From Epiperipatus broadwayi (lineage: Eukaryota; Animalia; Onychophora): a DNA stretch of 64,000 nt. How positions within the stretch are numbered: position 1 is the first letter of the stretch; each line of letters starts with the position of its first letter. Below the pieces are notes generated by a model. It saw only the letters and a list, made by a program, of their open reading frames with translations, did no database searches and was not told the origin of the DNA. The translations under genes and the position numbers were made by a program. Location: positions 24,428,001 to 24,492,000 of the forward strand of contig JAQFVV010000003.1 in NCBI GenBank assembly GCA_028023455.1. Direction: 5' to 3'. Below, piece after piece: positions 40,201 to 52,560 of the stretch.

Positions 40201-41849
40201 CATGAAATTAATAAGATAATTTTTGATGTTTGTTTGGAAAGATAAATATCATGGGCTAAGGCTAAAGATAATGTGTTTTAAAGATAATGTGTTTTTATCA
40301 GTTGGTGATTATTTTGACTAATGGTCATTATTTATAGTAGTAGAGGGATAAGTAGAAAAATTGTTTTCATAAATTATTAATTTAAAGTGATTTAATAATT
40401 TATTTATCAGGGTTGGTGTGGTATTAAAGTTATAGTAATTATTAAATAGTTGTTGTGATTAGTATTTGTTAGTAAGAGTGTGATTATTATTTAGATAATT
40501 GGATTTCAATAAAATCCCATTTGCTATTCAATTGCCTAACTGTTAACCATTATTATTATTATGCTTCCTAAAAGAGTAATTATTATCCCTGAGATGTCAA
40601 TAGGTAGCTCAATAATCAGGTGAATTTAATTTGTGTCTTCCAGATTTATTCAGTATATAGTTTATTATAAGTACAATAGAATAAATAATGATTTATCATG
40701 AAATTATTATGTTAGTCATTGTTTGTTATAGGGATTTTCCTAATATTAGGTTGTAGCATAAAACAAATTATAGACAAATGAAAAAGTTTAATAATTCAAA
40801 AAGGTATTTTTAAATAGCTGGATAATTTCTATAATAGCAATGCTATTGTAAAGTATATTTCATATACTTTTCAATATTAAAGCCTATGTGTTTGTGATCA
40901 TTCCTAAAGTCTCTCTTAGGTTTTAAGTGTTAAGAGTCTCAATCAGTCAGGGTATTGTGTATTATCATTGTAATTAGAGAACATCTCATTTTTACATTAG
41001 GTTGGTTACAAAGCACATACACACATTTATATAGTAAGACAATCATATCATACATCATGTGCATATTGGAAGTGGAACGAAATTATTTACTTAGTTTTAA
41101 TAGAAACAGTTTAAAGGAATAAAGGAGAAGAGAAATAACTTTCTTGACTTATTTCATAAAAGAAGAAATATAAGAAAACTATTAATTATAAAATTGTTAA
41201 TTATAGAGTGCCCATTATTTTATATAATAATAATGTTATTTCTTTTTTTTTTTTACAAAAAAATAATGTAGGCTCTATAAAATATTTTCCATGTGGCAAT
41301 ACTGTGTAAAGGCGTTATGAATCACAGTAATAAAGATTTATGTTCTTTTTGAATAAATCAACCCTACACAAAAAGTTGTGGAATTGTTTCTAATTACCAT
41401 AATAGTTTTACGTTTTAAAAAAATAATTTTGCTTATAAGTGCATTAATTAATTTTGTTAATAAAATAATTAGTATAATATGAATAATTAATTAAATCGAT
41501 CCTACAGCTAACCATTCAATATTGATTGATAAGTTGATATCTATCTATTCTTAGTTAAATAACAAAACAAGGATGGAAAAACAATCACTCAATATCCAGA
41601 AATTAATAAGTGTACTAAGTAATGCCTTCTCCATAATTGATCTTTATGGTCTGACTGATGGGGAAGATGTTGCCTGTAGAGGACTATTCGAAAGCTGATG
41701 TATTTTTTTTTATTGTATAAAGAATAAAATTTATAAGGAAAGAAAGGAATATTTTAGAAATTCAATAAGGATATTGTACATTCCCCCCTCCCCTTAAGAA
41801 TAAGAATGTTCCGATAAGATTATTATATGTATTTTTTTTATTTTATTAG

Positions 41850-42034
41850 GTTAAATTAATTGCAGGTGGCAATGGAAAATGTGTGTGTGAAATGGTAGTC
41901 TCTGAGGAGCATCTGAATCGTGGCAACACTCTACATGGAGGGATGATTTCTACATTAGTAGATTGTATTTCAACTCTAGCCATAATGAGTACTAAAGATA
42001 ATCTACCTGGTGTTAGTGTGGATATGAACATAAC
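41850..42034 (+). CDS. ACOT13: Acyl-CoA thioesterase 13, coding exon 2
   Basis: Pyrimidine tract plus TAG acceptor; translates VKLIAGGNGKCVCEMVVSEEHLNRGNTLHGGMISTLVDCISTLAIMSTKDNLPGVSVDMNIT with the hot-dog thioesterase motif N..GTLHGG..TLVD and PGVSVDMNIT. Donor AC|GTAAG, phase 2. Confidence 0.97.
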
Positions 42035-42099
42035 GTAAGATAATTCATTTTTTATTAATTTATTGATGTACTTTAATTTTTCTTATTATATTATAAATA

Positions 42100-42312
42100 G
42101 ATTAAAACAGGCAAAACTCTCTATATGTATTGCTACTCAGTGCAAGCCAGAGTAATCAATGGATGCCATAAGGCTTGTGCATAAAATCCCCATGTAGTGC
42201 CTACTCATCCAATGTCACTTTGGCTTGCACTGAATGGCAATATATAAAGAGAGTTTTGCCCGTTTTAATAACAGCTATAAGCAATCATAAGAAATGATGA
42301 TCATGTGATGTT
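42100..42312. mobile_element. Family A fold-back element, copy 3 (HHR not retained), 65 nt downstream of ACOT13 exon 2
   Basis: ~55-bp inverted arms, terminus GATCATGTGATG; 11-bp TSD TATTATAAATA at 42089-42099 and 42313-42323. Confidence 0.85.
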
Positions 42313-42711
42313 TATTATAAATACATAAATATAAGTACATGCATGTGTATGTTAAGTCTAATTTGTTATTACATTAGATGTTAATGTTATGTCTAATTTG
42401 TTATTAAAATATCTTCATTGCCAAGTTAATTACTTCATTGTATGCTATGATACTTTATCCTATAAAGCTCTGCAGTTACTCACTAATGATCCAAATAACA
42501 TAAAATATTCCAAGACTGATTGGATTTGGCAAGAAATCACTTTATTCCAATGATTTACTAAGTATACATATCATTTAATTACTAATCAAATTTAAATAAG
42601 CTAGACAATCAATTTATTGAAACATTTACTGTATTACTAATTATATTTATATATTGGACTATTTCTATTATTCAATATTAAGTATTGAATGTCTTTAGAA
42701 AAATTTAATTT

Positions 42712-43300
42712 TATTTAAATATTCCAATTACATTCAATTGTTAGTAATAACACACACGTTAGTATATGCACAATGTTTCGAAAGGTATTATTCTTTTCTC
42801 TTCTTCAGATGTTGCTAGCCTGACCAGTGACAGTACTAGCATGGGAATCAAACCTGGACTCTTAGCTTTTTGAATATTGAATTTTAAGGTAACACCCTAA
42901 CCAACTGAGCCATCTTGCCAAAGGCAACAGGCAGTAGAAATTTTCTATACTTATCTCTAAGGATCTTTCTGATTTCTCCACTTTTTCCTAAGAGCAAACT
43001 TGATTAGAGTTTTCCATACATTATATATAATGAAGAAATCAGCAGGAACCTAATAGATAAGTATATGAAATTTTTAGTGACTGTTGCCTTCGGCAGGATG
43101 GCTCAGTCGGTTAGAGCATTACCTTAAAATTCAATATTCAAGAATCTATAAGTCCAGGTTCGAATCCTATGCTAGTATATCACTGCTCAGGCCAGCAACA
43201 CCTGAAGAAGAGAAGATAGTATTACCTCTTGAAATGTGCATATACTAACCTGTGTGCTATTATATTACTAACAGTTGAATGTAATTAGAATATTTAAAAA
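42712..43300. mobile_element. Fold-back element with tRNA-like Pol III head plus hammerhead-like motif in each arm (family E)
   Basis: ~250-bp inverted arms. Right arm: A box TGGCTCAGTCGG 43099-43110, B box GGTTCGAATCC 43157-43167, CTGAAGA 43202-43208, GAG/CTC stem, GAAA 43231-43234. Mirror copy at ~42770-42920. Confidence 0.8.
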
Positions 43301-46300
43301 AAGTTAATTTTTTCTAAAGACATTCACTACTTAATATTGGATGATGGATGTAGTCTAACATGTAAATACAGCTAAAATACCAGTATCACAAACCTTCAGG
43401 AAAACACTATATGTTACTATGATTTCATGTGAAAAGAAGCAGCCAATCAGTTTTTATAGAATAATGGTTTTACAGAAATAGTTACTGCTTGTTAGCTGCT
43501 TGATAAATTTCTGCTAGCCTTTCAATGTAATGTACAAAGTTCTTTTCTTATAAATATCAAACTAAAGACTGATTAATTTTAAAATATGAAATAGTCATAA
43601 AGCAGTCTTTAAGTATTAAATATTCACGACAAATTAGTCTAAGACTGATTTGAAATTAACTATATATTATAATGCTTTCAAGTGAAATTGATATTAATTA
43701 ATAACTCACTTCATTATAAATCAAGGGTGTTAAATGGTAAATTGGAAATAATATAAGTTAATTACTACTAATCAAATTTAAATAAGCAAATAAATCAGTT
43801 TATTGATAGCTTACCAACTGTGATATCACATTAAAAGAATCTGCTATCACTGTGTAATTGTTTTGCAGAATAAATACTGCTCATTAAATATTTATGAGAC
43901 ACTGTTAATCTCACCATGAAATGTATGGCTAATTCACCACAGCATTAAAATTTTGATATCTAAAGGCTACACCATGATTATTTCATATTTTAAATCAAAA
44001 AGTATCTTTAGATTGATATTTACAAGGAAAGAGCATTGTATATTAAATTTGAAGCCTAGAAGTGGCTCATTAGACAGCTGATAAGCAATGTTGATTCTAT
44101 GAAACAATTATATCTGTGCTAGCTGGTTAGTTAATTTTTAGTATAATGTTACTTTGACAAATATATATTATCCATAAATTGATTGGTTGACTTTTTTTAA
44201 TTTAATAAAGAAAGATATAACAGAGTTTGTACTTTAGTATTTATTTTAATAATTAGAATAATAATTAGAAAAGTTTAATCTATTATATATGTGTGTGTAT
44301 ATAAAATGTGGCTATAAAAAGGAGTTTATTACTGAGTAAAGGATGTTTTAAATCTTTATTAAGGTCTTCAAAAAGAATTTAGTAGGGCAAATTTTTGATG
44401 TCCATTCTATATGATCTTTGTCATTGAATGTACTATTATCATGAAATTATTTCTATGGTAAATGAATTGGATGATCTTCTCACCAAAGCATATCAGCCAA
44501 CATGGTGAATTAGATCATTGAGTTTAATGCCATCGTTTGATAGTTTTTAACTTAGATATCAACTGGATTTCTTGAGAATGCACACAAGTGAATGTATTTT
44601 CTTACTAATAAAAATGTGGCTTTATAACCTGGAGACTGTAAAGTTGTCATTGAAGAAAAAAGTCATCAACTATTAAGAACTCACCATGTTGTGAATTTTG
44701 GTGGTTATTCATCATGATTTTTTATTTAGAGTCTTACAACTGTGGATCATTTTTAAGTAAAGGAGGATTATATGAATTAAAAGAAATACAGTCTAATATT
44801 AAATATTTTAGAGGCCCTTCAAAATTTAAAATAAGAATGCAGAGAGAGAAAGAGAGAGAAGAAATTAGAGTTTTTACTTACAAGACTGAAAACAAGTTTC
44901 CAGGAAAGTTAGTTACGAGTCGTAGAAACGAGCAAGCAGATCAAATCCAGATAGCTCTTGGATAGGTAGATTCACTCTAGCACTGTTATTATTGTAAAAC
45001 ACTGTTAGCACAGAACTGACAGGGAGCTGAAACTATTAGTTCTGCTGGTCACCGAGCACTGCAGTCACTTTCGTCACAGAGTCATCAAATTGGCGCCTCA
45101 TCCCTAAATTGGTTTATGTTTTTGCTCCTGGTATGCCTGCTTGGAAAAGTTTTTCTCAAATATTTTTTGGGGGAATTTAATTGTAAAATTGAGGCTGTTC
45201 TATGAGCTGTGACATCGCTTTGCCTTCTATATTTTTGTTTAACATATTGAGTTGCCAAGTTGAGGCTTCTAATATTGTGAGGCCGGGGCAGCATCTTCTG
45301 TCCCCCCTTCTGATTGACGCTGGGCATGTAGTTTAAAGAAAACAATTATTGAAGTTTGCTGTCATGATATATGTATTATAACGGGACGATCCTTTTCAGG
45401 ACTCGAGGAAGTCACATCTAACTATAGTCGGACTTTGAGTCTTCTTATAGAATGCCATGGATGATGTTATTTAAAATATAATCCAATTCACTCCTCTATT
45501 AATAATCTCGTTACTCTCGGAATTCGAGCTCAGAGTAGAAATTTGCAATCGACTCTCTTCAGGCATTTCCATAAATATTAAATCACTAAGTTGATTTAAC
45601 ATATATATGCATGAGCATGTATATTTATAAATATTGATTTTATAAAACGACTAAATAAAATAAACAAACGAGACCTGTTTAATTTTGAAATCAAGTTTAA
45701 CACATTTTAATCGGTAATAAAAAACAAAATATTATCACATAAAAACATTAAAATTTAGAATTATAATCTGTGCTTATATACACTAATAAATTATTTAATA
45801 TTCAAAAAAAAAAAAATAATGTAATCATTTACATATATATATAATTTAAAATCATGCGTATAATAAATACACATGATACATTATAAATCTACCTATTATG
45901 TCATTAAAATAATTCAGTGTGTATTGTATGTCTATATACGATAATATCCATTCACACTAGATTAATAATAAAATGTATTCTGATATTAGTTATGTATGTT
46001 TAAAAATATATTATGTTAATTGTCATGTAAGATTCAATTTGGAATATAATAAAACTTACTTCCAAATTGAAATAATTTAAAAACGTTTACCTTAGTCAGC
46101 TGTCATTTCTATCAGAGTATATATCAAAATATGAACATCTAAATTTTATTAAATAAATAAAAAAAAATAAAGTGTTCATCTTATCAGTTCTCCACTTTAA
46201 TATACGAAGTAATTTTTCTAAGTAAATATAATTATCCACAAAGGAAATAAAGTTTAAAAGTTCTTAAATTATACAATGAAGTAATCCAAGACGAGAAAGA

Positions 46301-49300
46301 ATGCGGTTTTATATCCCTCCTTAGACGAAATAAAATGATGATGAATGTTGAAACATAAAGTTCATTGATCATCCTTCGAAGAGGCAATCCAGATATTCAT
46401 TCTTTAAATATTTATGTAGTAAAATATTTAACATCTTCTTCAATATAATACTCCAATATTAATGCAGCTTTTTAAATGAGAATTACGACGATTATATTTT
46501 AGGCATTGATTAAGTAGGAATAAATTTACATGTTCAGGTTTAAAACATCAGTAGAAATCCCTGGCATAAATTATCTAGCCACAGAACATCTTTATAAATT
46601 TTTGTCTTCTTAAATTTATATTTTGAAAGCTCATTTCGAAGACGTTGATAACTTTTATAACCTTGTTAAATTCACTGATTATTTTTTTATAGTTCTTTAT
46701 AATATTCAAAGGCAGTAAATTAATTACTTGAAGCAGGTTTTAAAATATTGAATCTTCTTTTTTTTAATTTTTCTTAAATGTGTTCTAAATTCAAACACAT
46801 TTAAATTTACAAACGTAGTTCTTGCCTTGATAACTAAATAGAAGATTATTGTTATAACAATATTAGTTTGTTTTTATACTGGATTAATTTCAGCAAGCAT
46901 ATCACATAATCACGCTCACGCTCTCTATTGTTTAACATATACAATTTGTAATGAACCCCAAACATTTATTTCCTTTGTTTCAACTGATAAAAATGCAATG
47001 TTGACTTAAGGCTTTGTCAAATGTCAAGTTTTTATATTAACAAAAAAAAAAAATACTATTAGTTAGAAACATTTTATTTATGTGTGTGTATAAATAAACT
47101 AGAATTATTCATTTTTAGAATTATTCTTTTAATACTAACTAGTTTATATATATAGCTGATACATGAAAAGCTTAAGATAGGTGTAAGTTATTTATATCTG
47201 TTGATTCGATATAGGCACAGTTAAATTCACAAAGAAACACAAATTGTTTTAGGTGAGGCTCATATGGTATTCTCACAGTATATTTAAAAGAATAAGAAGT
47301 ATATTTACAAAATTTTTTTATCTTCCTCCTTATGAAATAGTTATGGGTTTAAATGTTTACTAAGCATAAACAATACTGATAAAAGGTTTTTGTTTCATTG
47401 AATAGAAAATTTACTGTTTCTTAACATTCTAACCCTATGATCATTGGAAGGATAATATATGTCTCTATAAATGTGATAAATATTCTTGGAAGCTCTTAAA
47501 GTAAATTTGAAGCTGAAGTGAATCATCAAAAAAAGTTCAGCTATTGCATTTTATTTCATTGCTACAGTTCTTTTGTTATTTAGATTTAGTCATTTTGAAT
47601 AAAAAAATTTAAAATAATAATTTTTTTATGTTGCTTTCATATGAAATGTGATTGGATGCAAATCAATTTTTTCTTAGATGAAGTTAGAAATTTCTATGTA
47701 CAGTTTATATATCCAAAAATTCTTTTAGCCAAGTTAAATTTAATCTCACTTTAAAATTATTATGTATCACAATAAAGTAATCTATTTTTTACTTTCTATT
47801 AAATTATTCTTCCAGAATTGATTCATAATTTTGCTTATTCTATCTCATTTTAATAAAAGCTATTTTGCCATTATGTTTTTTTCCACTTTTTATTCCATTA
47901 ATCCTTATTCTTTTTCAATATCTTACACTACAAATACTTTCCTTATTTTTCCCATAAAAATCATATTGCCAGTCCAAATACTTGTACACTTTGCCCCCTT
48001 TACTTAATATTCAAAGTTCCCATTCTTGCATTAAATAACAATAACTTATTTTTAGTGTTTTCATCTTTTATATGCATATATTTATTTGAAATACCCCATA
48101 GTTATATTGCTTCAGTCATATTTCCCCTTTAAATAAAGAATAGCTTGAATTTTTACAGCCCAATGAAAATTTACTTTCTATAACATCACTTTTTTCTCTC
48201 TTATCAACTTATCTATCCTTTTTTTTTGTATCTTTCATAATTATTTGCCTGTAATATATTTTCTACATATTTATTTAATTTCTTATATACAATGGAATAC
48301 TGCACATTGAATATAATTAGTTCCAGAAATATATTCATTAAATGAACTGTTTACATTGAATGCATGTATTTTGGGGTAATCCATTTAAGGCTCACAACTT
48401 GAAGCATAATTATTATTCAACACAGTCATTTAGACAGGAAAAGTATAATAAGAAATCAAAAATATAAGTGTAAAAATATATACAATTAATTTACTGTATC
48501 TAATGTATATTTTGTATAAAATTTCATTCTAGTGAAAACAAATCAAACTTTTAAAAGCTAAAAAATGTCAAATTAATGCTAAGATCTTCTATTTGTTTTT
48601 CATTAATCTATATTAATTAAAAAGTTTTCATCTGTTGTGCGATATTATGTGAACAGTTTAATCTTAAAATTGCCTTCATAGCCTTTGTCCTTTTCATTTT
48701 TTTGTTTATTTTTTTAAAAACTATTCCATATTTAGCATTTATATTTTTGATAGTTTTATCATCATTTCTCTTGGCAACCTTTTTTTTTTTTTGACCTCCA
48801 TAACAGATTTTTAATTCTATTTTTGAGATTCAAAATGGATGATAACTAAATTAGTAACAAATTCTTACAAAACACGAGAAAGATATCTGATGCTTAAGCA
48901 GAAATGTTTTGAAGTGTCTTACACTTGTACATATTATATCAATCAATGATTTTTATTGTAGTCAAGCATATTCAGTATTCTGATAGTTTATCATTTTTGC
49001 TTGGAAATTATTGCTTTCCTTATATCCATATAAATAGTTTTCTAATTTTGTTTTTCTGGCTCATGACTAAGATGATATATATGTAGCAGAATAATGGGAA
49101 AAAAAAGTATAGTATTTTCATTGCTAAAGATACAAATAAATATATAAGCAAATTTGCATTTTTACTATGTCATGAACTGATTATTAAAATATGGTTTAGA
49201 TTGTTAAAATATGGTTTAAAATGTGAATGTTGAACAGTATTAATTTAAAACACGTTTGTAGAGGGGGGCGCATGAAAGAATTTATAATTCTATATAACAT

Positions 49301-49981
49301 ATTTTATTGTTAAGTTAAATTAAAGTTTATATCATTAAAAAAATAATTGTAATATCTCAAATATAAAGATTTTGATTGGATAAGACAAGACAGTAGCAGC
49401 AATATTTAGAAATCATGTGGGAGTGGGGTTGAAAAGTGAAGTTGATAATTTGAATGCATTACATTTCTTAAAAAGAACTAAATTGGTGATTAAACTTTAC
49501 AAAATATGTTTATTACATAACTTGATGTTCACTGAATTAATTTATGGCAAGAAGTATGTGTTGTGCAAGACTCCTACAAATTACTCAGAAATGAATTATC
49601 TTTTAACTTTGTATGTTATGTAAAACCTTCCTAACCTAAAATATTGTACTTTGTAAACACTATTTTATTTACTGATCATAATAAATCAAAGCATTTAAGG
49701 CTCTCTGCCAGCTCATAGTGAAAAGAAAATATTAGATCTTTCATTTGTATTTTAATAGTAGTTTTTTTTTCTAGTTTTCCAATTAAACAGTAATCTTGAC
49801 TGAATTAATAAAACACCTTATTTTATACATTATCATGTACATGTTTTGAATCTCAAATATTGTTCTATGAGTCTTCAACTGAGACATGTGACACATTTTT
49901 CATATGGCATGTCTTAATTGAAGGTTACTAATCATATTTTATATACTCAATAAAATAAGTTGTATTGTTTTATTTTCTTAG

Positions 49982-50150
49982 GTTTTTGAAAGCAGCTCGG
50001 CCTGGTGACACTATAGTAATTGAATCAGAAGTTCTCAGAACAGGACGAAAATTAGCTTTTGCAACAGTTGATATTAGAGATAAAGCAACGAATAACCTTT
50101 TAGCTCAGGGTCGACATACAAAGTTCCTTAATCCACCAACAAAATTATAG
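49982..50150 (+). CDS. ACOT13: Acyl-CoA thioesterase 13, coding exon 3 (terminal)
   Basis: TTTTCTTAG acceptor, phase matches exon 2; FLKAARPGDTIVIESEVLRTGRKLAFATVDIRDKATNNLLAQGRHTKFLNPPTKL* contains the ACOT13 C-terminal AQGRHTK. Total CDS 78+185+169=432 nt, 143 aa. Confidence 0.97.
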
Positions 50151-50210
50151 CATGTGTAGTAATTTCATGGGCTTGGAATTATGGGTAGGGCAATGGTTTT
50201 ATGGGCAGCT

Positions 50211-50220
50211 AATAAATAAA
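50211..50220 (+). promoter_or_regulatory. Candidate polyadenylation signal of ACOT13
   Basis: Overlapping AATAAA hexamers (AATAAATAAA) 60 nt after the stop codon. Confidence 0.5.
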
Positions 50221-51849
50221 GAAAAATGTTTCATTTTATTTTTTATGCTGAGGGAAAAAATACTTCATTAATTGAATTTTGTGAAAAGTAAAGTTTATGT
50301 TTTATTTGATGATGTTTATGATTAGATTAAGTTAGATGTTTGAACAATTTGTATTTGTAAAGAATATTTTCTCATCTCTGATTGATTCAAGTGAATAAAA
50401 ACAGTTTGTGTCTTCTCCAACCTCATCATCAAGTTCAAAGCCATGCATGATATATAGTGACAGATTCTGGGATTAAGATCTAAGGATTGGAGTCCAGATT
50501 TATCACTTAACTTATGAGTAATAAACCATTCAATTATTATTACTGTCAAGTTCAAAGTCATATTCTTACAGTTTCCATGATTAAATGTTTTACCAATTTT
50601 AAAATAGTATTCAAAATTGTGAAATATAAAAATCTCTAAATTCTGTATTATAAAAAGCATAATAGAATTCCACAGAACATAAAGAACTATACACATTACT
50701 GTTCTCCTAAGTGAAGAATATGTTCAATAAGGTAACATTCCTAAATTTAAAAACTTTTTTTTAATAAAACAACTATTTATTGATTGATTAAAGCTTGTTA
50801 ATTTTTAATTTGTGTCATGAGATTCTAGTGTAGAACGCTTATACACAATTGCTGCATAGTGCTCAAACATCACATAAGTTTCTAAACAATTAACTGTACG
50901 ATTATTATTATTGTTATTAATGCTTAAGTGAAAATATTTGTTTGTTTATTTAAAATCTATATTAAATATAAGTTTGTATATTAAAGTTACAAAGGAGAGT
51001 TTTGCTATTAGTTTTTATCCTAATAGGGGGTTTTGATATATGTACTCCTAATGATTAATATGATTTTTATTAACTGCTTGTGCACATTTTTATGCTATAG
51101 CTTTTTTTCTTATTTTTTTTTAAATTATAACCAAAATTTATAGCATGAAGCTGCCCAAGTTTTTCATCTGAAAAAAATAAGTTAGATTATGATCCAAGAT
51201 CATTCCTAAATAGCATAGGAGGATCATATTTCAGACAACTATTGCAAAAGATTATATTCAGATTATGAGATGATTTCCAGATATTTAGATGAAATATTAA
51301 ACATACTATCTATATTGGATTAGGAATAAAACACTGGTCTTTGAAAAACACATCTAATTTTTCCATATCCTTATTGTGAAACTTTTCTATTTCAGGAAAG
51401 AGTCTCTTTTGAGAAATTGTTATTATAGATGAATTTTCTGTTTCTATATCTGGAAGATTACTGATGAATATATTAAATAAAGTAAGCTAGTGGGAGAACT
51501 GCATCCTGTGACCATTTTGTAAAATTTTGTATCTACTACAATGATCATTTAGTATCACTTGAACTTTCTATCGGATAGCATTTTCTTAATAAATCAACGA
51601 TTTTCCTGCATTTAAGAATTTTGGAAATTTTAGAAGACTATTTTTTCAAACAGAATCATAAGCTGAGGTTAGATTAATAAAGGAAACACCAGTTTTTCTA
51701 TTTATTTTGAAAGCCTTTTTCACTGTGAATTGTTTAAGATCAAATTTGCTCACAAATAGCTTCTACCTGATTAAAACCAGCTTGCTCTATAGGAAATGGT
51801 CTCATAACTATTGATAAAATTTTTGTTAATATGATTCTTTCAAAAAGTT

Positions 51850-52560
51850 AATAGGAAGCACATAATAATAATATTGGACAATAATTTTTTTGATCATTGC
51901 TGAATTTGTTTGGTTTTAAGATTGCTATAGTTATGACAAATTTTTGGAATACTTTATGAATAATGTCACTGAATAATTCTGTAAACCATGCTTTGGCTTG
52001 GATTCTAAATATTTTAAATCCAAAATCCATTGAAAGCATGTTATCTATTCCTGGGACTTTTCCTAATTTAAGGTAATTAAAATCAGGTTCATTCACAAGT
52101 TTTATTAGATTGCTATTATAGGAACATTGTGAAAAAGATTCTTGCAGTTCTGTTCTAAAGATGTTTTTCCTCATTCTATGAATTTTGGGTTCAGAAGTCT
52201 GGAATATAAGATTGGCAGTCTGATTAGCAGTGACAGTAATGGTTCTTTTAGAGATAGTTTTACATCCATCAAGATTTTGTAAAAATGCACATGCCTTACG
52301 ACTAGATCTTGTTAAATTTTGTTTCTCTACAGTCTCTCTCCACCACTTTTCTTTTCTGGCAATAAGTTTGTAAGTAATTTTTGGATCTTTAATAGACAAA
52401 AAATGTAAAGAGCATTACTAGTTTTATTGCGACTTGGAATTAATTGCTTATGATATCTATGAGGTATGCACTCTCTGACAGTTGTTATTAATACAGAAGA
52501 TGTAGGAAGATCTGGAAGCAATGATAAGGCCAATTTGTATTGAGAGGTTGAACACATAAA
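51850..52560 (-). mobile_element. LINE ORF2 fragment (region between endonuclease and RT motif 1)
   Basis: LKLGKVPGIDNML and IAILKPNK...KNYCPILLLCASY match the non-LTR motifs K.PG.D and KPGK...YRPISLL. Confidence 0.75.
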
